Source of the DNA: Oscillospiraceae bacterium
GTDB lineage: Bacteria; Bacillota; Clostridia; Oscillospirales; CAG-272
Assembly: GCA_015063485.1 (NCBI GenBank)
Contig: SVUA01000006.1
Coordinates: forward strand, 19,180 to 83,179
DNA: 64,000 nt
Direction: 5' to 3'
Positions 8,655 to 18,545 of this stretch are shown here, piece by piece (position 1 is the stretch's first letter; every line of letters starts with the position of its first letter). The notes below the pieces were generated by a model, which had not been told where the DNA came from, made no database searches, and saw only the letters and a program-made list of their open reading frames with translations. The position numbers were made by a program, and so were the translations under genes.

Positions 8655-9773
8655 ATGTCAAGTGCAAACAAGGCGTTTTTTGAAACGGCATACGAATATC
8701 TTGGCGTTCACCGTGAGGATGCAAGCTATATATTCAGAGTATGGGCACCGAGAGCCGATGCGGTTTATCTCATAGGAGATTTTAACGGTTGGAATGAGAG
8801 TGATCCGATGACACGCCTTGAGGGTGGTATATGGGAACGTTCCGTTTGCGCAGCCAATATCAGTGAAGGTGATCTGTATAAATATAAAATAAAAAACGGC
8901 TCGAAAGACCTATATAAAGCAGATCCGTATTCGTTTTGCTCTAAGGACGCTGAGGAAACAGCGTCTGTTGTAGCAGATGTTTTCGGTTATGAATGGAGAG
9001 ATAAGGGTTGGCTTGAATACCGTCGAAACAGTTCGGAAAACAAGCCGATAAATATTTATAAAATACACGCAACGTCTTGGAATCGGCATGATAACGGCAC
9101 TGTATATTCATGGCGAGAGCTTGCCATTGAGCTTGCCCCTTACGTAAAGCAAATGGGATATACCCACATAGAGCTCATGCCGATAATGGAGCAAGCGGAC
9201 GACGGCTTATTTGGGTATAGTGTAGACTCTTTTTACGCGCCAAGCGCTCGCATGGGAAGTCCTTACGATTTCATGGGATTTATTGACTCAATGCATGAGG
9301 CGGGAGTCGGAGTTATTCTTGACTTGATACTGTCACGTTTTACTAAAAACGCGCATTCTCTTGCAGAATTTGACGGACAACCTCTGTATGAGAAAGATTG
9401 CGAAGTGAATCTGAATGGGACAAGAATTTTTGATATTGGACGAAATGAAGTAAAAAGCTTTCTTATCTCAAATGCTCATTTTTGGATAGATGTATATCAT
9501 GCAGATGGTATCCGATTGGATATTGATTTTGAAGCCGAAACGGATATTTCACACGATCTTAGATCAAGTGTAAAAGAACGTTTTCCAGATGTTTTGTTTC
9601 CTCAAAAAAAAGCTTTGTTTATGGGAAGTGAGATAGGACAACATTGGGAAAAAGAGCGTACGCCTTCGGTAAAATGGCATTTACTTGACTGCGAGAGTAA
9701 CCGAAAGCTTCAATATTGCGTAGCGGAGCATAATCACCTTTATTTAAAAGGATCGACTTGTTTGCGGTCGTAA
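8655..9773 (+). CDS. glgB: Degenerate, internally deleted and C-terminally truncated 1,4-alpha-glucan branching enzyme homolog (probable relic/pseudoenzyme)
   Basis: Only 372 aa, whereas bacterial GlgB is usually >600 aa. A CBM48-like N-terminus (FRVWAPRADAVYLIGDFNGWN) and the start of the GH13 barrel (GYTHIELMPIME) are present. Region I reads DLILSRF instead of DWVPGHF. The segment carrying the AEEST acid/base and the SHDE motif is absent, and the C-terminal domain is missing. Confidence 0.7.
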   Translation: MSSANKAFFETAYEYLGVHREDASYIFRVWAPRADAVYLIGDFNGWNESDPMTRLEGGIWERSVCAANISEGDLYKYKIKNGSKDLYKADPYSFCSKDAEETASVVADVFGYEWRDKGWLEYRRNSSENKPINIYKIHATSWNRHDNGTVYSWRELAIELAPYVKQMGYTHIELMPIMEQADDGLFGYSVDSFYAPSARMGSPYDFMGFIDSMHEAGVGVILDLILSRFTKNAHSLAEFDGQPLYEKDCEVNLNGTRIFDIGRNEVKSFLISNAHFWIDVYHADGIRLDIDFEAETDISHDLRSSVKERFPDVLFPQKKALFMGSEIGQHWEKERTPSVKWHLLDCESNRKLQYCVAEHNHLYLKGSTCLRS

Positions 9774-9823
9774 AAAGCAAACAGAATCAAAAGCCCTAAA
9801 GGCTGAAAACATTGGAGGATAAT

Positions 9824-11032
9824 ATGTTCAGGAAAAAAGAATGCGTGGCCATGCTTTTGGCTGGCGGACAGGGAAGTCGCCTGTACGCTTTGACAGAAAA
9901 AACAGCGAAACCTGCAGTTCCCTTTGGCGGTAAGTACCGCATCATAGATTTCCCCTTGTCTAATTGTGTTAATTCAGGTGTTGATACCGTTGGAGTTCTT
10001 ACGCAGTATCAACCTCTTGTGCTTAACGAATATATTGGAAACGGTCTTCCGTGGGATCTTGACCGCGCTTACGGTGGAGTAAAGATACTCCCCCCATATC
10101 AAGGTAAAAAAGGAGCGGATTGGTATAAAGGAACAGCGAACGCAATATACCAAAATCTCGAATTTATCGACCGCTACGATCCTGATTACGTTCTTATTCT
10201 TTCAGGCGACCATATTTATAAGATGGATTATTCAAAAATGCTTGAATATCATAAAAAGATGGGTGCGGATTGTACGATAGCGGTCATTGACGTTCCGCTG
10301 AAGGAAGCAAGCCGATTCGGTATAATGAGCGCGTATGATGACGGCAGAATTTTTAAATTCTCCGAAAAGCCTAAAGAGCCTGATAGTACAAAGGCATCTA
10401 TGGGCATATATATTTTCTCAAAGGAATGTCTTTTCCGTTATTTGAAGGCTGACGCGGAAGACCCTACAAGCTCAAATGACTTTGGTAAAAACATAATTCC
10501 CACTATGCTTAACGCAGGAGAAAAGATGTACGCATATCCTTTCGTAGGATATTGGAAGGACGTTGGAACTATCACGTCTCTATGGGAGGCAAATATGGAC
10601 CTCCTCGGTAGCGATCCCGTTCTCAAGCTCAATGACGAGGAGTGGCGCATTTACGCAAGGCATGAGCCTCACGCTCCGCAATACGTGGGAGAAAACGCGG
10701 TGATAGATAATAGTTCTATAACGGAGGGCTGTGAGATATACGGAACGGTAAGGAACTCTGTCCTCGGCTCTAACGTAAAGGTTATGAAGGGCGCAGTTGT
10801 CAGCGATTCGGTCATCCTTGAGGACGTAGTTATCGGAGAGAACGCGCAGGTCCAGTATTCTATTATTGACCACGGTTCAACTATCGGCGCGCGAGCAAAG
10901 ATCGGTTCGACGAGAAAAAAGGCTAAAGGTATTACGGTTATCGGTTCGTGTATTCCCGTAGCTGACGATACCGTTATCGGAGATAACAAGATGATCTCGG
11001 AAGTTAGCGACATTGAAAAGGAGGCGGAATAA
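9824..11032 (+). CDS. glgC: Glucose-1-phosphate adenylyltransferase, catalytic subunit
   Basis: [11 protein letters not shown]...[20 protein letters not shown] motif. The ATG at 9824 lies 5 nt after GGAGG. The listed ORF start at 9812 is a TTG inside the RBS. Confidence 0.95.
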   Translation: MFRKKECVAMLLAGGQGSRLYALTEKTAKPAVPFGGKYRIIDFPLSNCVNSGVDTVGVLTQYQPLVLNEYIGNGLPWDLDRAYGGVKILPPYQGKKGADWYKGTANAIYQNLEFIDRYDPDYVLILSGDHIYKMDYSKMLEYHKKMGADCTIAVIDVPLKEASRFGIMSAYDDGRIFKFSEKPKEPDSTKASMGIYIFSKECLFRYLKADAEDPTSSNDFGKNIIPTMLNAGEKMYAYPFVGYWKDVGTITSLWEANMDLLGSDPVLKLNDEEWRIYARHEPHAPQYVGENAVIDNSSITEGCEIYGTVRNSVLGSNVKVMKGAVVSDSVILEDVVIGENAQVQYSIIDHGSTIGARAKIGSTRKKAKGITVIGSCIPVADDTVIGDNKMISEVSDIEKEAE

Positions 11033-11033
11033 T

Positions 11034-12167
11034 ATGTCAGTTGCAGGTATTATTTTTTCTAATATTCACGATTCTTCCATTCCGGAGTTGACCAACATAC
11101 GAACAATGGCATCAGTGCCGTTTGGTTGCCGTTACCGTCTTATAGATTTCCCGCTTTCTTACATGGTAAATTCGGGAATAAATAAAATAGGCATAATAAC
11201 ACATGATAATTATCAATCGCTTATGGATCATATAGGAACGGGTAAGGACTGGGATCTGGCGCGTCGTTCGGGCGGTATAAAGATACTTCCGCCATTTATA
11301 AGCACCACGGGTATTTCAAGAGGCGGAAGACTGTACACCTCTCGTTTAGAGGCACTTATAGGTGTTATGACCTTTATAACCCGTTGTAACGAGGATTATA
11401 TAGTTCTTTCGGATTGCGACTGTATCTGTAATATCGACCTTAATGACGTTATTGAGGCGCATATCGCCCAAAATGCCGATATGACTATCGTTTCGCGTCC
11501 CGCAGCCGAGAACGAGACACTTCCAACAGAGGGAGAGACCGTTATAAAATGCGATGATAACGGACTTATTCTCGAAACGGCGGCATATCAAAAAAACACC
11601 TTGAACGTTGAGATAAGTACAAATATCATAGTTGCTAACAGAACATTCCTCATAAATCTTTTGAATGAATCAGCCGCTCACGGATATTCTCATTTTTACC
11701 GTGACGCTATCTCCAAGCGGCTCGGAAAGTCGAGGATTTACCGATATTTGTATGAGGGTATATATTTGCAGATATCGTCAATGGAAGATTATTTTTCCGC
11801 ATCCATGCGTTTGCTTGATACTGACGTTCGAGATGGACTTTTCAACGTGGCAAACCGTCCTATTTACACAAAGCTTCGCAATTCGTCTCCAACTATATAC
11901 GCAGAGGACGCAAAGGTGAAAAACAGCTACGTTGCCGACGGTTGCGTTATAGAAGGCGAGGTTGAAAATTGTATCATCTTCCGCGGAGTACACATAGGCA
12001 AGGGAACGGTAGTTAAGAATTCGGTTCTTATGCAGGATACCTTTACGGGCAATAACGTAATGCTTAACTGTGTCGTTACCGATAAGAATACGGCTATCCG
12101 CGACGGAAGGATGCTTTCGGGACATGAAACGATGCCGTTCTTTATTCCCAAAGGAACTATGATATGA
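11034..12167 (+). CDS. glgD: Glucose-1-phosphate adenylyltransferase, GlgD subunit
   Basis: A GlgC paralog lacking the G-rich loop (GIIFSN...RTMASVPFGCRYRLIDFPLS). The ATG follows AAGGAGG. A glgC-glgD pair is typical of Firmicutes. Confidence 0.9.
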   Translation: MSVAGIIFSNIHDSSIPELTNIRTMASVPFGCRYRLIDFPLSYMVNSGINKIGIITHDNYQSLMDHIGTGKDWDLARRSGGIKILPPFISTTGISRGGRLYTSRLEALIGVMTFITRCNEDYIVLSDCDCICNIDLNDVIEAHIAQNADMTIVSRPAAENETLPTEGETVIKCDDNGLILETAAYQKNTLNVEISTNIIVANRTFLINLLNESAAHGYSHFYRDAISKRLGKSRIYRYLYEGIYLQISSMEDYFSASMRLLDTDVRDGLFNVANRPIYTKLRNSSPTIYAEDAKVKNSYVADGCVIEGEVENCIIFRGVHIGKGTVVKNSVLMQDTFTGNNVMLNCVVTDKNTAIRDGRMLSGHETMPFFIPKGTMI

Positions 12168-12204
12168 TGTTAAAAATATAATTTGAAAGGAAAAATCAGA
12201 TCCA

Positions 12205-13647
12205 ATGAAAAAAATACTGTTTGTCGGCGCGGAGGCTATGCCTTTTGCGGCTACAGGAGGACTTGGAGATGTTCTTGGTTCTTTGCCTGCGGCTATAAAG
12301 CAAGAGGGAGGAGAGGAAGTTGACGTAAGAGTTGTGCTACCTCTTTACAGCGCGGTGTCTGACATTTGGCGTAAAAAAATGAAGTTGGTCGCCGAATATG
12401 AGCTTTCGCTTGCATGGCGAAAGCAGTACTGTGGTATTTACAGTCTTGTTAAAGACGGTGTTATCTATTATTTTGTAGATAACGAATACTACTTTAAACG
12501 CGATACGCTTTACGGCAATTTCGATGACGGTGAGCGCTTTGCGTTTTTCTGCAAAGCAGCTGTCGATATGCTCGGAGTTATCGGATTTTATCCCGATATT
12601 CTCCATGCTCACGATTGGCAAGCCGCGCTTTGTCCCATATATCTTAACAGAAAATACAGAGGATATAAGGGTTATGAAAATATCAAGACCGTATTCACCA
12701 TTCATAATATAGAATATCAAGGAAAATACGACTTTTTCATACTCGGAGACGTATTCGAGCTTGACAATAGTGACCGCGATATCGTTGAATACGGCGGTTG
12801 TATCAATCTTATGAAAGGTGCTATCGTAAGCTCGGATATAGTAAGCACCGTAAGTCCACGTTATGCAGAGGAGATATGCACTGCAGAATATGCTCATGGA
12901 CTTGATGCTATCCTTAACGAAAATTCGTATAAGCTTTGCGGAATCCTTAACGGCATAGATTACCGTTATTATAATCCGGGCACTGATAATATTATCGCAA
13001 AAAAATATAATTGGCGCTCAATAAACCAGAAATACGAGAATAAAAGAGCGCTTCAGGCAGAGCTTGGATTGCCCCAAAGAGACGATGCTCCGATGGTTGC
13101 GATAATTTCAAGACTTGCTTCCCATAAGGGACTTGATCTCATTTCGGCGATAGGATACAGGCTTCTTGAGAATAACGATATACAGCTCGTTGTGTTGGGC
13201 AAGGGCGAGGCGGTTTATGAGAGATTCTTCTGTGATCTTGAAAATGCTTTTCCGAATAAGGTAAAGGCTCTTATCACCTATGACAGAGATCTTTCAAAGA
13301 GGATATACGCGGCTGCGGATATCTTCTTGATGCCCTCAAAGAGTGAGCCGTGCGGACTTTCTCAAATGATAGCCTCACGTTATGGCGCGATACCCGTAAC
13401 AAGAGAAACTGGCGGACTTTACGACTCTATAAAGGGTTATTGGGAGGATGGCGAAAATATTATGGGTAACGGATTTACCTTTGCCAACTATTCTTCCGAT
13501 GAGCTTTTGGATCGTACACTTGCCGCTATCGACGTTTGGAAAAATGAAGATAAGCGCAAAAAGCTTATAACCAAGATAATGCGTACAGATTTTTCATGGA
13601 AAAATTCTGCGGTCGGTTATCTTAATATGTATTCGACCATATTATAA
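12205..13647 (+). CDS. glgA: Glycogen (starch) synthase, GT5
   Basis: 480 aa with an E.MPFA.TGGLGDV N-terminus and a C-terminal SEPCGL.Q motif. The usual KTGGL lysine is Ala here. Confidence 0.93.
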   Translation: MKKILFVGAEAMPFAATGGLGDVLGSLPAAIKQEGGEEVDVRVVLPLYSAVSDIWRKKMKLVAEYELSLAWRKQYCGIYSLVKDGVIYYFVDNEYYFKRDTLYGNFDDGERFAFFCKAAVDMLGVIGFYPDILHAHDWQAALCPIYLNRKYRGYKGYENIKTVFTIHNIEYQGKYDFFILGDVFELDNSDRDIVEYGGCINLMKGAIVSSDIVSTVSPRYAEEICTAEYAHGLDAILNENSYKLCGILNGIDYRYYNPGTDNIIAKKYNWRSINQKYENKRALQAELGLPQRDDAPMVAIISRLASHKGLDLISAIGYRLLENNDIQLVVLGKGEAVYERFFCDLENAFPNKVKALITYDRDLSKRIYAAADIFLMPSKSEPCGLSQMIASRYGAIPVTRETGGLYDSIKGYWEDGENIMGNGFTFANYSSDELLDRTLAAIDVWKNEDKRKKLITKIMRTDFSWKNSAVGYLNMYSTIL

Positions 13648-13674
13648 TAATCAAATAAAGATAATACAAGCAAA

Positions 13675-13704
13675 AGCGCCGTATAGAATAAATTATACGG
13701 CGCT
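13675..13704 (+). other. Intra-operon stem-loop between glgA and glgP
   Basis: 11-bp stem AGCGCCGTATA/TATACGGCGCT with an 8-nt loop and no T-run. This could be an RNA processing/stability element or a partial terminator. Confidence 0.4.
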
Positions 13705-13726
13705 ATAGAAAGGAATTAAACCTAAG

Positions 13727-16162
13727 ATGAACTATACCCCCACAAAAAAAGAAGTAAGAGAAAATATTGAAGCCAAGCTTTCGCGCTACTTTGGCTGTAC
13801 ACCTGCTGAGGCTTCAAGAGATCAAATGTATAAAGCCGTTTCTATGACGGTAAAGGATATACTCACCGAAAAGCGTGGAGATTTTAAGCACAAGGTCAAC
13901 GATTCGGGAGCAAAGCGCGTTTATTATATGTCCATTGAGTTTTTGTTAGGACGTTCGCTTAAGACCAATTTAAACAATCTCGGTCTTGCAGACGAATATA
14001 ATGAGGCGCTTAAAGATTTTGGATACGATCTTGAGACGGTTTACGAATGTGAGCCCGACGCGGGACTTGGAAACGGAGGTCTCGGACGTCTTGCCGCTTG
14101 CTTTATGGATTCTCTTTCTTCGCTTGATTATCCGGCAACGGGATTTTCGATCTGCTATGAATATGGACTCTTTAAGCAAATGATAGTAGACGGTATGCAG
14201 GTCGAACTGCCGGATATCTGGTTGCCTGGAGGGGAAGTATGGCTTGTACCCAGAACCGACCGCATATATCACGTTAAGATGGGCGGACGTATTAAGGAGA
14301 ATTGGAAGGACGGCCATCTTGAGATACTTTACGAGGATTGCGAGGAGATAGAGGCAGTTCCGTACGATATGATGATATCGGGAGCTGACAGTGAGGCGGT
14401 CAGTCAGCTTAGATTGTGGAAAGCAAGAGACATTCATAACTTCAATATGGGACTCTTTACGCAGGGACAGTATGCCCGTGCGGTAGAGGAAAGTACAAAT
14501 GCGGAAATAATTTCCAAGGTTCTGTATCCTTCGGATAACCATATGGAAGGCAAGTTGCTCAGACTTTCTCAGCAGTACTTCATGGTTTCCGCATCATGTC
14601 AGAGCATTATCCGCGACCATATGGCAGTATACGGAACGCTCGACAACCTTGCCGATAAAGTGGCTATCCATATCAATGATACTCATCCCGCACTGTGTAT
14701 TCCCGAGCTTATGAGAATTTTGGTCGACGAATATTTTTATGATTGGGACAGAGCTTGGGATATGGTATGCAAGGTATGTTCTTATACCAACCATACTGTT
14801 ATGCCCGAGGCGCTTGAAACGTGGAATGAGGATCTCTTCGGCTTGAGACTTCCGAGAATACACTCTATCATTAAAGAGATAAACGGACGATTCTGTCGTG
14901 AAGCTTGGAAGAGCTTCCCGGGAAATTGGAACAGAATTTCCAAGATGAGCATTATCGGATACGGTCAGGTTCGCATGGCGAATCTTTGCGTTGTAGGAAG
15001 CCATTCGGTAAACGGAGTATCAAAGCTTCATTCCGATATTCTTACAAAGACTGTATTCAAGGACTTTTACGCAATGTATCCCGAAAAGTTCTGCAACGTA
15101 ACAAACGGTATCGCGCATCGCCGTTGGCTTTGCTATTCCAATCCGTCGCTTGCGGGACTTCTTGACGAATGTATAGGAACGGGTTATCGTCATGATCCGC
15201 AGGCGCTTTCGGAATTTGCAAAATTTGCGGACAATAAGGAAATACTCGAAATATTAAGAGCTATAAAGCATCAGAATAAGATAGAGTTTTCGAATCGCTT
15301 GTATAAAAAGACGGGCAAGGCGATAGATACGCACTCGCTTTTCGACGTTCACGTAAAGCGTTTGCACGAATATAAGCGTCAGCTTCTGAACACGCTTAAT
15401 ATAATCGGTCTGTATCTTGATATAAAAGAGAATCCTAACAAAGAGTTCCAACCTCAGAGCTTTATATTTGCCGCAAAGGCAGCGCCGGGATACTATATGG
15501 CAAAAAATATCATAAAGCTTATATACTTCCTTGGCAAAGAGATAGAAAACGATCCTGTCGTTCGCGAAAAGCTTTCGGTAAACTTCCTTGAGGATTATAA
15601 CGTAAGCATGGCAGAATCACTGATTCCCGCGGCAGAGATAAGCGAACAGATATCTCTTGCGGGTAAAGAAGCAAGCGGAACGGGTTGTATGAAGCTTATG
15701 ATAAACGGAGCTATGACTTTAGGAACGCTTGACGGAGCGAATATAGAGATGCTCAATGCGGTAGGTAAGGAAAATATGTATATTTTCGGTCTTACGAGCG
15801 CAGAGGTAGACGATATATGGTTTCGCGGCTATAACAGCGCGGAGTTCTACGCTAATAACGAACGTATAAGACGTATCGTCAGTGCTCTTAACACGGGTTT
15901 TGCGGGAGAATCCTTCTCTGATATCGCGAATTACCTTATTTCAGGACCCGGTATCCCCGATCCGTATATGTGTCTTGCTGACTTTGATTCCTATCATATG
16001 ACCCGTGAGCGTGCCATAAGGGATTATGCCGATAAGGAAAAATGGAACCGTATGTCGCTTATGAATATTGCGGCGGCAGGATATTTCGCGGCAGACCGCT
16101 CGATAGATGAATATGCTCAAAATATCTGGAATTTGAAAAAAATGACGGGTAAAAAAAGTTAA
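13727..16162 (+). CDS. glgP: Glycogen/maltodextrin phosphorylase, GT35
   Basis: 811 aa with the EASGTG.MK.M.NGA pyridoxal-phosphate lysine motif and full-length phosphorylase-like sequence. Confidence 0.95.
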   Translation: MNYTPTKKEVRENIEAKLSRYFGCTPAEASRDQMYKAVSMTVKDILTEKRGDFKHKVNDSGAKRVYYMSIEFLLGRSLKTNLNNLGLADEYNEALKDFGYDLETVYECEPDAGLGNGGLGRLAACFMDSLSSLDYPATGFSICYEYGLFKQMIVDGMQVELPDIWLPGGEVWLVPRTDRIYHVKMGGRIKENWKDGHLEILYEDCEEIEAVPYDMMISGADSEAVSQLRLWKARDIHNFNMGLFTQGQYARAVEESTNAEIISKVLYPSDNHMEGKLLRLSQQYFMVSASCQSIIRDHMAVYGTLDNLADKVAIHINDTHPALCIPELMRILVDEYFYDWDRAWDMVCKVCSYTNHTVMPEALETWNEDLFGLRLPRIHSIIKEINGRFCREAWKSFPGNWNRISKMSIIGYGQVRMANLCVVGSHSVNGVSKLHSDILTKTVFKDFYAMYPEKFCNVTNGIAHRRWLCYSNPSLAGLLDECIGTGYRHDPQALSEFAKFADNKEILEILRAIKHQNKIEFSNRLYKKTGKAIDTHSLFDVHVKRLHEYKRQLLNTLNIIGLYLDIKENPNKEFQPQSFIFAAKAAPGYYMAKNIIKLIYFLGKEIENDPVVREKLSVNFLEDYNVSMAESLIPAAEISEQISLAGKEASGTGCMKLMINGAMTLGTLDGANIEMLNAVGKENMYIFGLTSAEVDDIWFRGYNSAEFYANNERIRRIVSALNTGFAGESFSDIANYLISGPGIPDPYMCLADFDSYHMTRERAIRDYADKEKWNRMSLMNIAAAGYFAADRSIDEYAQNIWNLKKMTGKKS

Positions 16163-16173
16163 AAGGAAACTGA

Positions 16174-18081
16174 ATGCTTACTAAAATTTCCGAGTATGGT
16201 CGTCAGATTCCGACCATAAAGAAAATTCTTGACGGGAAGAACGTTTCTAACAGAGGAGCTTTTCCGTTTGGGTGTTTATTGAATATAGTTGTCGAAGTAC
16301 CGAGAAAGCTCGGTGCTTCGGCAGTTGTTTTGCGCGTATGCCGCGACGGAGAGGCTGACACGGATATGCCGCTTTGCTTTACGTCAACGAACGAGGGAAT
16401 AGATGTTTATACGCTTGAGCTTGATACGAAGAAGCTTTGCAAGGACTTCTCAGACGGCTTGTTCTATTATGAATTTCTTTTCCTTAGAGGCTTTGATACG
16501 CTATTTACCGATACTTATAATAACGTGGACTTTTCGCTTACAGATCGCTCGGCGGGAAGATTTTTGCTTTTGGTACATGAACAAGATTTCAAAACTCCCG
16601 AGTGGTTTTTTGGAAGAACGATGTATCATATTTTCGTTGACCGATTTTGCAAAGGAGATCGCGATATAGAGGTGCGCCCCGATGCCGTCATGAATAACGA
16701 TTGGGAAAACGGTATCCCGCAATATCCGAAGAAGAACGGAGACGCTCTTTCGAATAACGTTTTTTTCGGCGGCAACCTTTTCGGAGTTGTAGAAAAGCTT
16801 GATCATCTTAGATCAATGGGCGTCGGAGTTATATATTTAAGTCCGATATTTAAAGCTTATTCAAATCATAAATACGATACTGGAAATTATCTTGAGATAG
16901 ATTCTATGTTCGGCGGAGAAGAAGCCTTCGAGCTTTTGATTGCCGAGTGCAAAAAAAGAGATATCCGTATTATTTTGGACGGTGTGTTTAACCATACGGG
17001 AGACGATAGTATTTATTTTGACCGATATGGAAAATACGGTGGTGTGGGCGCATACACGAATGAAAATTCACAATATCGCGATTGGTTTAATTTTAAGAGC
17101 TACCCTAACGAGTATGAAACGTGGTGGGGTATAGAAATACTGCCACGCCTTAATTCCAACAATGGATCTTGCAGAGACTTCTTTGTAGGCGAAGGCGGAG
17201 TAGTGGAGCATTATATCAAACGCGGCATAAGCGGTTGGCGGCTTGACGTAGCGGACGAACTTTCGGACACGTTTTTGGACAGACTTCGAGAGACCGCTAA
17301 AAAAGCTTCCGATGGAGAAGCTGTTATCATAGGCGAGGTATGGGAAAACGCAGCTGAAAAGATAGCGTACGGTAAAAGAAGACGGTATCTGCGAGGCTCA
17401 CAGCTCGATAGCGTTATGAATTATCCGTTCCGTAACGGCATACTTGCTTTTTTGCTTGATAAGGATGCGGAGTTTTTTGCTGATGTTCTAAAAGCAATAT
17501 ATTCCACTTATCCAAAATGCGTTTGCGATTCGCTTATGAATATTTTAGGCACACACGATACCGAGAGGATCATTACCGTGCTTGGCGAAGAACGGGAAGG
17601 AATCGAAGAGTCTAACGACGTTTTGGCACATAAAAAGCTTTCGAAAGAAGAAAAAGAAAAAGCGGTCAAGCTATTGAAGATAGCCGCATCTGTTCAATTT
17701 ACCGTTTACGGTGTACCGTCTGTATTTTACGGAGATGAAGCAGGAGTAGAGGGATATCACGATCCTTTTTGCCGCCGCACATATCCGTGGGGCAGAGAAA
17801 ACACGGAGCTTTTGGAGCATTACCGTATCCTCGGCGCTTTACGTGAGAACGAGCCGTTGCTTGCTGACGGTGACTTTTGTGTTGAATACGCAAAAAATAT
17901 GCAAATAGTTTATACGAGATCATCGGGAGAGCAAAAATTAACGGTTATAGCGAATGTGTCAAAAGAGCCGTTTGAATATGCTTTAAATGAGAATTGCACC
18001 GATCTCATAAGCGGAAAAGCCTATTGCGGAAATATCGCTCCGCTGTCGTGCGTGATCTTAAAAAGACAAGGAGACAAGTAA
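16174..18081 (+). CDS. GH13 alpha-glycosidase, neopullulanase/cyclomaltodextrinase-like
   Basis: All four GH13 regions are present: DGVFNHTG, GWRLDVADE, IGEVWE, LGTHDTER. A LPRLN motif resembles the MPKLN signature of the neopullulanase subfamily. No signal peptide. Confidence 0.85.
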   Translation: MLTKISEYGRQIPTIKKILDGKNVSNRGAFPFGCLLNIVVEVPRKLGASAVVLRVCRDGEADTDMPLCFTSTNEGIDVYTLELDTKKLCKDFSDGLFYYEFLFLRGFDTLFTDTYNNVDFSLTDRSAGRFLLLVHEQDFKTPEWFFGRTMYHIFVDRFCKGDRDIEVRPDAVMNNDWENGIPQYPKKNGDALSNNVFFGGNLFGVVEKLDHLRSMGVGVIYLSPIFKAYSNHKYDTGNYLEIDSMFGGEEAFELLIAECKKRDIRIILDGVFNHTGDDSIYFDRYGKYGGVGAYTNENSQYRDWFNFKSYPNEYETWWGIEILPRLNSNNGSCRDFFVGEGGVVEHYIKRGISGWRLDVADELSDTFLDRLRETAKKASDGEAVIIGEVWENAAEKIAYGKRRRYLRGSQLDSVMNYPFRNGILAFLLDKDAEFFADVLKAIYSTYPKCVCDSLMNILGTHDTERIITVLGEEREGIEESNDVLAHKKLSKEEKEKAVKLLKIAASVQFTVYGVPSVFYGDEAGVEGYHDPFCRRTYPWGRENTELLEHYRILGALRENEPLLADGDFCVEYAKNMQIVYTRSSGEQKLTVIANVSKEPFEYALNENCTDLISGKAYCGNIAPLSCVILKRQGDK

Positions 18082-18429
18082 ATGGGACTTTTAAAAAAAG
18101 CTTTTAAGAATATGACAAAAAGTAAAGATCCAAACAGTCCTAAATACCGACGAGAAATGGCTATGTCTGTCGTTGGACAGCATATAAAATACGTTACCGA
18201 AAAGCGCGACGACGTGGATGAGGTCATAGGCAGAAACGGCGGTCTTAATATACGCGGAGACGAATTTATAGTATATGCGTCTGCTAACGTCGTATTCAGA
18301 TGCAAAATAGACGAGCTTCAGATATGGGAGCTTCTTTCACGCGACGGCGTTGTACTTACAGGTCCCGATCTTGAAAACGGAGGCAAAGAGCGAACGGTCA
18401 TCGCATATTACGTTTATTACCGAAAATAA
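18082..18429 (+). CDS. Hypothetical 115-aa protein, last gene of the glycogen operon
   Basis: Its ATG directly abuts the TAA of the GH13 gene (translational coupling). I recognise no family. Confidence 0.5.
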   Translation: MGLLKKAFKNMTKSKDPNSPKYRREMAMSVVGQHIKYVTEKRDDVDEVIGRNGGLNIRGDEFIVYASANVVFRCKIDELQIWELLSRDGVVLTGPDLENGGKERTVIAYYVYYRK

Positions 18430-18432
18430 TCA

Positions 18433-18476
18433 AAAAAGACTGATATCATCAACAAAAATGATATCAGTCTTTTTTA
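18433..18476 (+). terminator. Rho-independent terminator of the glg operon
   Basis: Perfect 12-bp stem GACTGATATCAT/ATGATATCAGTC with an 8-nt loop, flanked by A6 and T6. Confidence 0.9.
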
Positions 18477-18480
18477 ATGA

Positions 18481-18509
18481 TTGACATTTGATAAGAAATA
18501 TTGTATAAT
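18481..18509 (+). promoter_or_regulatory. Sigma-A type promoter (TTGACA-17 nt-TATAAT)
   Basis: -35 at 18481-18486 and -10 at 18504-18509, both matching consensus exactly. Confidence 0.6.
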
Positions 18510-18545
18510 TAATATATCTTAATTTTATGCATTTATAGAGGCGTT

